64,000 nt of DNA from Mustelus asterias (GCF_964213995.1 NC_135822.1:51522001-51586000), one strand, 5' to 3'. Counted from the first letter of the stretch, positions 1-12,015 are shown. The notes: generated by a model from the sequence alone, not told the origin. Numbers and translations are program-made.

Positions 1-43
1 TCCAACAATGCACACACGCGATTATCCAACAGGAACAGATTGT

Positions 44-150
44 TCTGTGCGTTTGTGTGCATCCTTTTGCGTATACCTGTCTGTGTATGTGTGAATGTGC
101 GTGTATGTGTCTATTTTTCCGTGTGCATATGTCTGAGAGTGTTTGTGTGT
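44..150. repeat. degenerate (GT)n/(CA)n microsatellite
   Basis: Runs of tgtg with substitutions; explains the C/V-rich ORF 40..291. Confidence 0.85.
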
Positions 151-151
151 G

Positions 152-510
152 GTTTTTTTTACTCATCCGTGGGACATGGGCAGCGCGGGCTGGCCAGCAT
201 CTGTTGCCCATCCCTAGTTGCCCTTGAAAATGAGTTGCTTGCGAGGCCTTTTCAGAGGACTGCTGAGAGTCAACCACATTGCTGTGGCTGAGGAGTCACA
301 TGTAGGACAGACGAGGTAAGGACGGCAGATTTCCTTCCCAAAAGGATATTAATGAACCAGATGGGATTTCCGAAAATCGATAATGGTTTCATGGTCATCA
401 GTAGATTCTTAATTCCAGATTGTTTTTATTGAATTCAGGACCTCAGAGCAACAGCTGAATTTCTGGATTAATAACCTAGCGAGGATACCACTCGGCCATC
501 GCCTCCCATA
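152..510 (-). mobile_element. tRNA-headed Deu-domain SINE (SacSINE1-like)
   Basis: Reverse complement starts gggaggcgatggccgagtggta and contains gggaaggaaatctgccgtccttacc...tacatgtgactcc...gggatgggcaacagatgctggcc. The same body occurs at 10725 and 58447. Family name from recall. Confidence 0.75.
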
Positions 511-514
511 GTAA

Positions 515-640
515 ATATGTGTATTTGTGTCTCCATCACTATGTGTGTGCATTTGTGTGTGTGTGCGTGTGTGCGCGCGAGAGTGCACGCATGCGGGTGT
601 GGGTGTGTGTGTGTGCGGGTATTTTTCTGAATATGTGTTT
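515..640. repeat. (GT)n microsatellite
   Basis: gtgtgtgt tract with interspersed gcgc. Confidence 0.9.
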
Positions 641-934
641 GTCAGGGTTAAACACAAACTGAGAACAATGGGTTCTTCGACTTCGAGTTCGTTGCTGTTG
701 ATCAAAAAAAGATGTATATTTAGCAACATATTAGAACAAATATGAGCAAAACAAAAGAATTGGCAAGTTGTTTACGTCTCCGCAGTACATAACATAGTAA
801 GGCCCCTGGTATGATGCTATAGTCCCAGACTGCTGGGATATGCTTCCTCAGTATACTGTTTTGAAATTCCACACTGGATATGCAAATATAATGGTCATTA
901 TTCTGCACTGGTCATACTGAACTACGTAATATGA

Positions 935-1360
935 GGAGAGAAAAAATATGGTTAGGATGATATTCATTGGAGTTTAGACGTGTGGGAGGGGATCTCATAC
1001 AAACTTATAGAATTTAACAGGATTACACAGGGTGGATACAGAAAGCAATTCTCCGATGGTGGGGGAGTCCATAACCAGGGGTCATAGTTTGTGGATAAGG
1101 GGTTGACCTTTTAGGACCGAGGTGAGGATAAATTTCTTAAACCAGAGAGTGGGACATCTGTTACGTTCACTGCCACATAAAGCATTTGAGGCCAACACGT
1201 TGTTTGATTTCACGAAGAAATTAAATATGGTTCGTGTGGTTAAATGGATTAAGTGATATGGGGGAAAGGGGGGATCAGAATACGGAATGTGATGATCAGC
1301 CATGATAAGAATGTTCGAAGGGAAGAATGGCCTACTCCTGTTTGTAAGTTCTATGTTTTT
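935..1360 (+). mobile_element. old CR1 LINE 3' fragment
   Basis: Degenerate match to the 3' ends of CR1 copies elsewhere in the window (ggagtttaga...ggggatctcata...accaggggtcatagttt...aatggcctactcctg). Confidence 0.75.
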
Positions 1361-1559
1361 GTTTCGTCGAGAATTAAGTTCAGGACCCAGCACAGTGCTA
1401 TTTCAATTTAAGTCAATAATTGAATTTAGAACAGCAAATCTAACGTCAACAATGGAATCTATGTAACCAGTTGAGAATCTAAGAGTGATAAAAACGCACA
1501 TCTGGGCTCCCTGGGGTTCTGTGGCCCAGCAGCAAGAATGGATTCTATTCCCTTTTCAA

Positions 1560-1885
1560 GGTCATGCATCCCCTCTCCTACCGTTACCATCAAGCCAACG
1601 ATCAAAGCTTACCTCAATGAGGAGATGTCCGGCTCTGCAAACTAGAGCAGCACCAGGACTATCTGAAAATGGGGTGCAAACCTGGTGAAGCGACAACACA
1701 CAACTGCACATGTGTACAACAGCAGGAGCAGCATGGTGCAGACAGAGTTACAACATGCAACAACCAAAGGAGAAGAAAAGAACATCCTAACATCACTGCT
1801 AACCCATGTCAGGAATGGCCATGGGCCTGAAGCAACAACTTTGCATCCAGCCCTGCCAAGAGGCGCTTCCTGAGCTGTTAACTAT
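1560..1885 (+). mobile_element. degenerate non-CR1 LINE remnant
   Basis: ccgttaccatcaagcc...agcagcaccagg...aaaatg...cctggtgaagcgacaacac resembles a recalled common shark LINE ORF2 segment; frames are broken. Confidence 0.4.
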
Positions 1886-2135
1886 TAGAATCATAGTATT
1901 CCGACAGTGCAGAAGGCCCATCTACTCTGCACCCGCCACATTCCCACCCAGTCCCGAATCCCATAACCCCACGTATCTACCAAGCTAACCCCCTGACGCT
2001 CAGGGGCATTTTAGCATGGTCAATCAACAGAATCCGCACTTCTTTGGACTGTGAGAGGAAACCAGAGTACCCAGAGGAAAACGTGCAAACTCTACACAGA
2101 CAGTGACCCGAGGCCGAGAATTGAATGGTGGGACG
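1885..2135 (-). mobile_element. HE1/V-SINE
   Basis: Reverse complement of the V-SINE core (tctttggactgtgagaggaaaccagagtacccagaggaaaacgtgcaaactc) plus CR1-type tail. Confidence 0.85.
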
Positions 2136-2339
2136 GGACGCTGCCCACAGCATGCAGTTATGCTGTGGGCAGCATCCCCACCTTTGAGCCAGAGTCTCCA
2201 AGTACAAGTCTCACTGCAGAACGTGATGGCAAGAAATGTAATTTCAGAGCGCGGACAAAGAGACTGAGTAACAACTTATGAATCATTCCGCCAGTGCCAG
2301 GAGGTAAGAGTTGGAATGTTTTGTGGTCAGTCATCTGAT

Positions 2340-2645
2340 CAGTGAACCCCACAGTGCAGAGGGAGGCCAATCTGCCCATTGAGTTTGCATCGAAAAACAA
2401 TCTAACCCAGGCCCTGTTCCCATAACTCCATGCATTTACCGTAGCTATTCCCCCTGAGAGTAATGGGCAAAATAGCATGGCCAATCCACTCAACCCGCAC
2501 ATCTTTGGACGGAAACCACGTCACGCGGAAGAAACCCACGCAGACACGGGGATAACGTGCAAACTCCACATAGACAGTGATCCGGAATTGAACCCGGATA
2601 CCTGACGCTGTGAAGCCGCAGTGCTAACCAGTGTACCAGCCTGTC
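2340..2645 (-). mobile_element. HE1/V-SINE
   Basis: cgcacatctttggac...aaacccacgcagacacgggg...gtgcaaactccaca...gaacccgg...gctgtgaagccgcagtgctaacca. Confidence 0.85.
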
Positions 2646-2984
2646 ACTGAGCCAATGTGATGGGAAGAAACTGGTTTCACAACAATCACTATCCATAGCT
2701 CCTGGCTTCAACACGCCTGTAGAGGACGATCATGCGACAGCATGCGTGTCTCGTTTGCGAGTTGGCTGGATGACTGTATGGAAAGCAATGGTGTCAACAG
2801 CACCAGGTTCAATCCCAGTTTGGCGTGGGGTGGATTCTGACCTGCGTCTGGTGATGTGGGTGAGACCTGCCTTCGAGAATATCACGCAAGAAGAATACTA
2901 GCTACAGTATTACAATCCTTGTGCTGCATTGAACCCATATGGACTGGTACGATCTATAGTCCATATAATGCCCAGCACCACTCC

Positions 2985-3430
2985 TGCAACCACACACATA
3001 CACAGAGGCTCACTCACAGACCACACGCAAACACTCACTCATAGATACACACTGACTCACTCACTCACACACACATTCATTCACACACAGACTCTCTCTC
3101 TCACACTCACTTAACACAGAGACTCATTCACACAGGTTCACATACACAGAAACAGGCACACACAGATTCACACACATACACTCAATCAAACAAACATACA
3201 CGAACAGAAATACACACATACATACACAAACACACGCACAAACACACACCGACCCACACACAATCATACACATGCACACACAAAAACACGCACACAGACT
3301 CACACACCCATACACATTCACGCACATATACACACACGGAGATAGACGCATACATACACACACAAACACACGCACACACTTACACACACACCAACATACA
3401 CGCACAATATACATACACACAGACACCATC
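2985..3430. repeat. degenerate (CA)n microsatellite
   Basis: About 450 bp of acac/atac repeats; explains the H/T and C/V ORFs here. Confidence 0.9.
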
Positions 3431-4099
3431 CACTCGCCCCTCCCCACTGTAATTATGTTCTGGGAATAGAATTTAGAACGAGCAAAGCACCATCTCAGTG
3501 ACAAATCCCAATTGTGTCAATAATATGCTCGTATTGAATATTTTAGGCGACATAATCGGGAAGTCGAAGGGACTCTGAGTGTGACGGTGTATTAATAGAT
3601 TATATCACACACATAACATTGCAGTGTCAATGTCAGGCAATACTGTCCCACCTGGTGTTTTTCAATGTCCTATTTACCAGAGATGTTTAATTTTAATATG
3701 AAGTGCAGAGACTTTTGTAGCCCTTTTGCCATCTTAATGGGTGTACAACGGTCAGAATTTGGGCCCTTGCCATCTCACAATGATATAATTTTGAACAGGG
3801 AAAAAACATACTCCTATTTCTTACTCTATCTCCTGCCCTGTATGCATGTGTTCTTTATCTGTGTTTCTAATGTGAACAGCCCATTGTTCTCAATTAATAA
3901 ACATCCTCTGACGGACACCATTTCCTCGTCATTTATTCAATTGTTAGAATAGCCTAAAAATCCCCTGATCTGTTGACCGAACAAACATGGATGTTCTTCC
4001 ATTAGCTTATTTGATTATTCAGCTTTGCCCGTTTCTAAATTCCAACAATCTATGCCTCTCCCTTCTCCACACTAGAAACTCCCCCCACCCCCAACACTG

Positions 4100-4285
4100 T
4101 CACTCATCCCTTCACCAAAGCGATGAGTTTCTTCCTGTCTACTCGATCGATGCCCCTTATAATTGTACACATCTCAATCATGTTCACCCCCTCAGTCTCC
4201 GCTGTTCCAGAGGAAAGCAACTCCAGACTATTCACTCTCTCTTCATAACTAAAACTCTGCAGCCCAGGCAGCATCTTGTGACTGT
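4100..4285 (-). mobile_element. CR1 ORF2 3' fragment
   Basis: ORF 4104..4421 contains MLPGLQSFSYEERVNSLEL...IIRGIDRVD, matching the CR1 C-terminus seen in the 601-aa ORF. Confidence 0.75.
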
Positions 4286-4993
4286 CTCTTCCCGGGAATG
4301 AGAGATTCCCCACGACCATGGACTGTAAACATTCCACCCAAATAGAGAAACTCTTGGAACGTTCAATCACCGTGTACATAGCTTTATTGAGAAGAGTTGC
4401 CAAGCAAAATCGTGCACCCACAAAGTGTAATGGTTTAATTGCAAGAAAATATCGTTAACCATTGCCATCTTGTCACACATCATTAAAATTCGACACTTCT
4501 GTACATGTCTGTGTCAAATAATGTCCCCGATCTGCAGAAACCTTCATTCAAGTGATGATATATAACGAGATGTTCTCCTTCCACAAGGACCATCTGTTGT
4601 CCTTGTCCCTGTTATCAGGGATGACAACTCTCTGAATCTCAAAGTGCTCGAGACAAGAGGAGATCTTACATCAACCTGCAGCAACAGTAAGTAGCAGATC
4701 ACTGGAACTGGACAGTTTGCTTTCAACTGACCAGCACGCATTATTTAAAAATGGGATTTTCATTCCCTATTCAAACAGTTCAGGAACAAATATTTAAAGC
4801 TCCCAATCCCTGCAGTGTAAATCGGAATCAATATGGGTTTAAGGTTAACCCACATATTTGAAGATGAACCCTCTGCTTGGGTGAATCATGCTGAAGTTAA
4901 GGTTGAATCGCTATGGAGCGAGTCTTGAAATCACACTGAGATCACAGGATCTGGATGCTCGCTAAAAGGGCGGATCTCCTTCAGAGATCAGGC

Positions 4994-5044
4994 TCATCCA
5001 CAATCCGAGTGCTGAACCTCCACCTGACTCCAATCGATTGGCTC
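4994..5044 (-). pseudogene. probable terminal coding exon (EPIDWSQVEVQHSDCG*)
   Basis: Strong acceptor ctctctcctttccag; phase 0 matches the preceding exon end; a homologous inverted copy lies at 6023-6070. Confidence 0.55.
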
Positions 5045-5049
5045 CTGGA

Positions 5050-5254
5050 AAGGAGAGAGGAAAAACGGTGAGTGAGAGAGCAGAGAAAGGAGAGAAAGAG
5101 AGAGAGAGAGAGAGGGAGAGAGACAGAGAGAGCGAGAGAGATAGAGAGATGGTGAGAGAAACAGAGAGCGAGAAGGAGAAAGAGGGAGATATAGAGTGAG
5201 GTAGAGAGAGAGACAGACAGACCAAATGCGAGAGAGACAGAGAGAGACACAGAC

Positions 5255-5288
<34 letters not shown>

Positions 5289-5625
5289 CGGGACAGAGAG
5301 ATAGATAGGGGCAGAGAAATAGCAAGAGAGAGATGGACAGAAACAGAAAGAGGGAGAGAGCTTTGGAGGGAGAGAGAGAGAGAGACAGTGGCAGAGAGGC
5401 AGACAGAGATAGAGAGAGACAAACGGAAACAGAAACAGAAAGAGATGGTGAGAGATACGGAGAAAGACATGGAGAGGATAATATACACAGATTGAGCCAC
5501 ACACACAGAGACAGAGAGAAATATAGACAGATGGAGGGACACAGAATGACAGAGAGGAAATGACAGAGAGCACAACAGGGAGAGAGTTAGAGAGAGAGAG
5601 AGGGGGCAGACAGAGAGGGATAGGG
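5050..5625. repeat. (GA)n/(GACA)n purine-rich microsatellite
   Basis: About 570 bp of agag repeats; explains the L/S and E/R low-complexity ORFs. Confidence 0.95.
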
Positions 5626-5844
5626 AAAGACCAACAACCCATTCAGCTCATCATGAGACTGTTAGGAAAATTAGGAGGCCATTCAGCCCGTCTTCAGCCT
5701 GTTAATTGTCGCAAGTGTGCCTGAAACAGGGGGCAATGGGAAATGTTAATAATTCTGAGATGCAGTCAGCAATCAGTGAATGCAGACAGTGAGAGGGAAG
5801 ATGTGGCCTCTCTCGTGTTGGCCCTCATTGCAATGCAGTCTCAC

Positions 5845-5930
5845 CTTGTGCAAAACCACCCTCGTCGCTGTTTCGTCATCAAGTTCTGTCGCCGAAGTGA
5901 CCTCCACATTTACTGTCTGGTACTCAGCAT
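5845..5930 (-). pseudogene. exon DAEYQTVNVEVTSATELDDETATRVVLHK (C-terminal module)
   Basis: gggtttag acceptor, AAG|gtgaga donor, 86 nt, phase 1 to 0, open frame. Confidence 0.7.
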
Positions 5931-5974
5931 CTAAACCCAATACAAACTGCATCAGCGAGTTGAAAACAACAAGA

Positions 5975-6122
5975 GTTTTGTCTTTCCAGGTGAAGCAGAT
6001 GTTCAAGGATCAATGTCCAAAGGAGCCGATCGATTAGAGTGGCGTGGATGTTCAGTACTCGGATGTGGATGAGCTTTAAATATTTGTTTCTGAACTGTTT
6101 GACTAGCGAATTAAAATCCCAT
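5975..6122 (+). repeat. inverted duplicate of the terminal exon plus part of its 3' UTR
   Basis: Reads ctttccag|VKQMFKDQCPKEPID*SGVDVQYSDVDEL*. 6023-6074 matches the reverse complement of 4990-5044; 6071-6122 matches the reverse complement of 4751-4803. Confidence 0.75.
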
Positions 6123-6408
6123 CGCATTCCTCCCAGTTCTATTTCCTCCGCTTAACATCTCCACTTTTCTCCCACACTTCCTTTATCATCAATGTTAAAG
6201 CGTTACATTTCCACCTCTTGTGACAATGCCAGACTCCAATCATGGCCATTCTTTACTCTGTGACAGAGGGGACAGGAACATAGCGACTGATGGGAGGAGG
6301 ATACCACTGTCCTTCGCCACAACATTCACTCAGCAAAGTCGGGAATTGAGGCATTATATTTTGTGTACATTGAATACAGAAAAAAATAAACTAGCAGCAG
6401 ATTGACAC

Positions 6409-6504
6409 TTGTGGTTGGAGATTGTGTTACGAATGGTGATCCTGGGTAAGTGGATGTTGGGAGTGATGCATCATTGGGTCCCGGAGTTAGTGTTGTGCTT
6501 GAAT
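6409..6504 (-). pseudogene. mucin-like exon copy 1 (DSSTTLTPGPNDASLPTSTYPGSPFVTQSPTT)
   Basis: ccttgtcacag acceptor, gt donor, 96 nt symmetric phase 1-1, S/T/P-rich, paralogous to 7463-7558. Confidence 0.75.
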
Positions 6505-6579
6505 CTGTGACAAGGCAGGAGATATGGACGATCACAGATTAGAAAGCATCTTAATCATTAAGCTGCGTGTTACATAAAT

Positions 6580-8542
6580 TCAATACATCCCACTCCCCAA
6601 AGAAACTACTTCCTACTCCCCTCAGAAACTATTTCCTATTCCGCTCAGTCACCGCATCTCACTCCCCTCAGCCATTACATCGCACGCCCCTCAATCATCT
6701 CAACCCACTCACCTCAGTCACTAAATCGCATTCTCCGCAGTCACTACATTACATTCCCCTCAGTCACTACATCCCACTGCCCTCAGTCACTGTATCCGAC
6801 TCATCTCAGTCATTTCATATTATTCATCACAGACACTACAGACCACTCCCCTCAGTCATTCCATCCCACTCCCTTCAGTCCCGACATCCCACTCCCCTCA
6901 GTCACTACAACCCATTTCCCTCAATCACTACATCCCATTCCACTCAGTCATTACATCCCACACCCGTAAGTCACTTCTTCCCACTCCTCTCAATCACAAC
7001 ATTCCACTCCCATCAGTCATTAAATGCCACACCCCTCAGTCACTAGATCCCATCCCCCTCAGTCACTATATTTCACGATCCTAAGTCACTACATCGTGAT
7101 CCATACAGTTAATATACCTCTCTCCCCACATTCACTGCATCCCCGCCCCGTCAGTCACTACATCCCACTCCTCCCAGACACGATCTCACACTCCTCTCAG
7201 TCACTATACCCGACTCACCTCAGTCCCTCAGTCAATAACCCAACGCCCGCCCCCTCTCAGACACTTCATCCACTCTCCTCAGTCACTCCATGTCTCATCC
7301 CTCTGTCACTATATCCTATTCTTTACTCTGTGACTGAGGGCAGAGTGATGTATAACTGATTGGAGTAGGAAACGACTGCCCTGACTCACCACACTCAGCC
7401 GAGTCAGGATTTGCAGCATAATATATTGAATCCAGAAAAAAAAAGCAGCAGTCGATTGATACCTGCGGTTGGAGATGCTGCTGGGATTGGTGAAACTGGG
7501 TCAGTGGATTTTGGGAGTGATGCATCATTTTATCTTAGATTTGGTGTTGTGCTGGGATCTGTGACAAGGGAGGAGATATGGGAGATCACAAAGTAGAAAT
7601 AATCACAATCGTTTATCTGCTTGCTACGTTAGTTCACTACATCCTACTCTCCTCAGTCACTACATCTCAATCCACACATCCATTGCATTGCACGAACCTC
7701 AATCACTAAATCCCACCCCCCTCATTTGTTTCCATTCCATTCCCCTCAGTCACTACATCTCAATCCACACACCCATTACGTCGCACTAAGCTCAATCCTC
7801 TCTACCCCCTCACCTCAGTCACTAAATTCCACTCCCCTCAGGTCCTCCATTCCATCCTCTAAGTCACTGCATCTCACTCCACACATACATTATATCGAAC
7901 TAACATCAATCATCTCAACCCACTCGCCTACATGACGACATCCCACGCCCCGAAATCACTAAATCCCACTCCTCACAGTCACTGAATCCCTACTCCCTCA
8001 GTCATCACATCCCACTTCGCTCAGTCACTGCATCCTACTCCCCTGAGTCCTACATTCCACTCACCTCAATGACGACATTCAACCACCCTTAGTCACTCCA
8101 TCTCACTCCCCTCAGTCGCAATATCCCACTCCCCTGAGTCGCTAAATCCCAATGCCATGAGTCAGTGCATTCCACTGCCCTCAGTCACTGCATCCCACTC
8201 CCCTCAGAAAGTACATCCAAAAAAAAACCGTCACTGCATCCTGCAACCCAAAATGATTGCACACCAATTCCCTCAGTCACTATATTCCACTCCCCTCAAT
8301 CACTACATCGCAGTCCCCTCAGTCACAACATCGCTCTCCCCTCAGTCACTGCATCCCATCCCTCAGTCACTGCATCACATTCCCCTCAGATATTACACCT
8401 CTCTCCCCTCAGTAACTATAACGCACTCCTCTCAGTCACTACATTCCAAAAACCTCAATCAATACGTCGCACTCCCTTCAGTCACTTTATCCCAGCCCCT
8501 CAGTCAGTACATCACACTCCTTTAGTCACAAATTCCAACTGC
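6580..8542. repeat. degenerate ~23-bp minisatellite (catcccactcccctcagtcacta)n, interrupted by the duplicated exon block at about 7317-7630
   Basis: ccctcagtcact recurs about every 23 bp and runs into the N-gap. Confidence 0.85.
7463..7558 (-). pseudogene. mucin-like exon copy 2 (DPSTTPNLR*NDASLPKSTDPVSPIPAASPTA)
   Basis: cccttgtcacag acceptor, CAG|gtatca donor, 96 nt, one in-frame TAA. Confidence 0.75.
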
Positions 8543-9253
8543 NNNNNNNNNNNNNNNNNNNNNNNNNNNNNNNNNNNNNNNNNNNNNNNNNNNNNNNNNN
8601 NNNNNNNNNNNNNNNNNNNNNNNNNNNNNNNNNNNNNNNNNNNNNNNNNNNNNNNNNNNNNNNNNNNNNNNNNNNNNNNNNNNNNNNNNNNNNNNNNNNN
8701 NNNNNNNNNNNNNNNNNNNNNNNNNNNNNNNNNNNNNNNNNNNNNNNNNNNNNNNNNNNNNNNNNNNNNNNNNNNNNNNNNNNNNNNNNNNNNNNNNNNN
8801 NNNNNNNNNNNNNNNNNNNNNNNNNNNNNNNNNNNNNNNNNNNNNNNNNNNNNNNNNNNNNNNNNNNNNNNNNNNNNNNNNNNNNNNNNNNNNNNNNNNN
8901 NNNNNNNNNNNNNNNNNNNNNNNNNNNNNNNNNNNNNNNNNNNNNNNNNNNNNNNNNNNNNNNNNNNNNNNNNNNNNNNNNNNNNNNNNNNNNNNNNNNN
9001 NNNNNNNNNNNNNNNNNNNNNNNNNNNNNNNNNNNNNNNNNNNNNNNNNNNNNNNNNNNNNNNNNNNNNNNNNNNNNNNNNNNNNNNNNNNNNNNNNNNN
9101 NNNNNNNNNNNNNNNNNNNNNNNNNNNNNNNNNNNNNNNNNNNNNNNNNNNNNNNNNNNNNNNNNNNNNNNNNNNNNNNNNNNNNNNNNNNNNNNNNNNN
9201 NNNNNNNNNNNNNNNNNNNNNNNNNNNNNNNNNNNNNNNNNNNNNNNNNNNNN
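8543..9253. other. assembly gap (N run)
   Basis: Continuous n characters. Confidence 1.
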
Positions 9254-9383
9254 CCGCCTCGTCACCCATGCAACATTCTTCCATCCATCCGTCCGTCTGA
9301 AAGTGCGTCCATTCATCCATCCACCGAGCTATAATTGAGTTCCCAGAGTCCCATTGCTATATTATGTTCTAATCATTGCCTAT

Positions 9384-9548
9384 ATGTGCAGTAAGCAGTG
9401 AAACAATGAGGCGGTTGCTTCAGCTCATAAACAAAGTAATCACTGCAGTTTTTGATCTTAATGTCCAGGTTGTAGACACAGGGGGGTATACTCTTTGTGA
9501 AGCAGACTACTCTAGTTACTTCCCCTTGTCCCTCAGTGGGATGAAAAC
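9384..9548 (-). pseudogene. D8C exon 3 (GFHPTEGQGEVTRVVCFTKSIPPCVYNLDIKIKNCSDYFVYELKQPPHCFTAYCT)
   Basis: cttcactgcag acceptor; open 165-nt frame with D8C cysteines and the YFVYEL/AYC motif; donor degraded to atagg. Confidence 0.9.
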
Positions 9549-9643
9549 CTGCAGTGAAGGTAATTAAACCTCAATAACCGTCACAGCTTGAAGCAAGGGT
9601 TGGGGAGGAAATGCAATTGTGTTATTATTGAGTCTGACAATAC

Positions 9644-9720
9644 CATTTAACCAGATTGGGGTGTCATTGAAGCAGTGACGTCACGACACTGCCTGTTCCG
9701 GAATCTTCCATCCAGCAGAA
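9644..9720 (-). pseudogene. D8C exon 2 (SAGWKIPEQAVS*RHCFNDTPIWLNG)
   Basis: gctcttttag acceptor, ATG|gtattg donor, 77 nt phase 2 to 1, 95-bp intron to the next exon; in-frame TGA at 9681-9683. Confidence 0.9.
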
Positions 9721-10239
9721 CTAAAAGAGCAATCACAGAGTCAGCTCCTGAACTGATGGCACTCATTAATCGATATAAAGACTTGTGCCAGCAGAGAGTA
9801 TGGGTGACTGGGTCCGATCATGAACTAAAACAAAACTGGTCCACTGATGTCCGTTCGGAAGGGAAACCTACCGTCATAACCTGTTTTGGTCTACATGTGG
9901 CTCCAAATCAACATCAATGTGGTTGATTCTTAAATGTCTTCAGGAATGGGCAATAAATGCTGGCCCCTCCAGCGGCGCCTACATCCCTGGAATGAAGTAA
10001 ATAAAACTGCCACTTGTTCTTCGGTCCCCTCTATCCTGGGCACAGCATTTATTTTCTGTTCAAGTTCGATATCTGCCCCAACCCATGCATCTCCCTTTCT
10101 CCCCGCCCTTCACTTTGCTCAGTCCAGTTGTGCTCCTTTTCTTTGTACCTGTTCCTGCTCGTTGATCTATCCGATGGATCCATTGGTACTGCTGCCCCCG
10201 TGTTTAATACGCCACCTTCCTCTTCATGCCAGACATATA

Positions 10240-11390
10240 AGAACCTGTGTGATATAGACAGTCTGGATGTGGGAAAGATGTTTCCTCTTGTGGGCATATC
10301 TTGAGCTGGGGAGGGGGGCGCTGCTTAAACATCAGGGTTCGCTCATTACAGACACCTGTCAGCAGTTCAGTCGGCAGTTAGGAAGGCAAATGCCATGTTA
10401 GCAATCATGTCGAGAGGCCTAGAATACAAGAGCAGGGCTGTTCTTCAGAGGCCGTATAAGGTTCTGGTCAGACGCCATTTGGAGTATTGTGAGCAGTTTT
10501 GGGCGCGTATCGAAGGAAGAATGTGCTGGCCTTGGAAAGAGTCCAAAGGAAGTTCACAAGAATGATCTTTGGAATAAAGAGCTTGTCGTATTAGTAACGA
10601 TTGAGGACTCTGGGTCTGTACTCTTTGGAGTTCAGAAAAATAAGGGGGGATCGTATTGAAACTTCGAGGATACTGCGGTGCCTGAATAGAGTAGACGTGC
10701 AGAGGATGTTTCCACTGGTAAGAAAGGCGGAAGGTGATGGCCCTGTGGTATCAAGGCTGGACGATTAATCCAAAAAATCAGCTAATGTTCTAGCGATCCG
10801 GTTCGAATCCTACCACGGCAGCTGGTGGAATTTGAATTGAATAAAAAATATATGGCATTAAGAATCTACTGATAACCATTAAACCATTGTTGATTGTTGG
10901 AAAGACACATCTCGTTCATTAACGTCCTTTCGGGAAGGAAATCTGCCATTCTTACCTGATCTGGCATACATGAGACTCCAGAGCCGCAGCAACGTTGTTG
11001 ACTCTCAACTGCCCTCGGGCAACCAGGGATGGCAATAAATGCTGGCCAGCCAGAGTCACCCATGTTCCACGAATGAAATAAAAGAACTAGGACCAGAGGG
11101 CACAACCTCAGACTAAACGGACGATCCTTTAAAACAGAGATGAATAGAAATTTCTTCAGCCAGGAAGTGATGAATCTGTGGAATTCTTTGCCGCAGAAGG
11201 CTGTGGAGGCCAGGTCATTGAATGTTTAAGGAAGAGATAGATGGGTTCTTGATTTATCAGGGGATCAGGGGTTATGTGTAAAAGGCAGATTAATGGAAAC
11301 GAGAAAAGTATCAGCCATGATTGAATGGTGGAGCATACTTGATGTGCGACTGGCCTAATTCTGCTCCTATGTCTTATGGTCTTATGGACA
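10240..11390 (+). mobile_element. degenerate CR1 3' fragments interrupted by a SINE
   Basis: ggtcagacgccatttggagtattgtgagcagttttgg (VRPHLEYCEQFW motif); (tcttatgg) tail near 11370. Confidence 0.8.
10725..11082 (+). mobile_element. Deu-domain SINE inserted in CR1
   Basis: Head ggcggaaggtgatggccctgtgg...ggttcgaatcc (B-box-like), Deu core gggaaggaaatctgcc...; splits the CR1 at ccactggtaagaa|ctaggaccagaggg. Confidence 0.8.
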
Positions 11391-11409
11391 CTCCGAGGCT
11401 CGTGAGTCC

Positions 11410-11725
11410 AAAGAACATAAATATTACAGCACAGGAACAGACCCTTCGCCTCCCCCCACCCCGACCCACCCCCCGCCCCCCCCCCCCCCCCCCCCGCCCC
11501 ACGCCTGCACCGATCATGCTGCCCGTCTTAACTAAAACGCCCGACGCTTCCAGTGACCATTTCCCTCCATTCCCATCCTATTCCGGTATTTCTCAAGAAG
11601 CCCCTGAAAAGTCACTATCGTATCTACTTCCACTAACTTTCCCGGCAGCGTGTACCAGGTACCCACCATCCTCTGTGTAAAAATCCTGCCTCGTGCAACT
11701 CCTTCAAACCTTGCCCCTCGCAAGG
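11410..11725 (-). mobile_element. CR1 3' end fragment
   Basis: GRIFTQRMVGTWYTLPG (ORF 11532..11816) plus a reverse-complement tail; contains a C-rich expansion. Confidence 0.8.
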
Positions 11726-12015
11726 TCTTTGGAACTCTCTGCAAATTTATTGGAAGCAAACACATTGAATATCTTAAGACAGATGTGGAGATGTTCTTGG
11801 TAAGGAAGTGGGTCATGGATTAGTGTCAGAGAGGCTTAGAGATTTATAGCATAAATAAAGACGCCCTTCGGCCCATCGGGTCTCTGTCGACTATCAAACA
11901 CCTCTGTCTTTTGATCAAATTTTCCAGCACTTGCTCTGCATCCTTGTATCACAATGGCGTTCCAAATGCACCTCTAAGTCCCTTTTAATTGTTGTGGGAG
12001 TTCACTCTCTGTTAA

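Noticed and set aside
4962-5642. Overlapping 170-226 aa L/S-rich and E/R-rich ORFs
   Set aside because: Translations of the GA microsatellite; only the last 51 nt of one of them is exon-like.
6567-8525. H/P/S-rich ORFs as a mucin or histidine-rich protein
   Set aside because: Products of the 23-bp satellite, whose unit is not a multiple of 3; they are on the opposite strand to the real exons.
8165-9334. Long ORFs of 264-389 aa
   Set aside because: Artefacts of translating through the N-gap; the same applies at 20540-21018.
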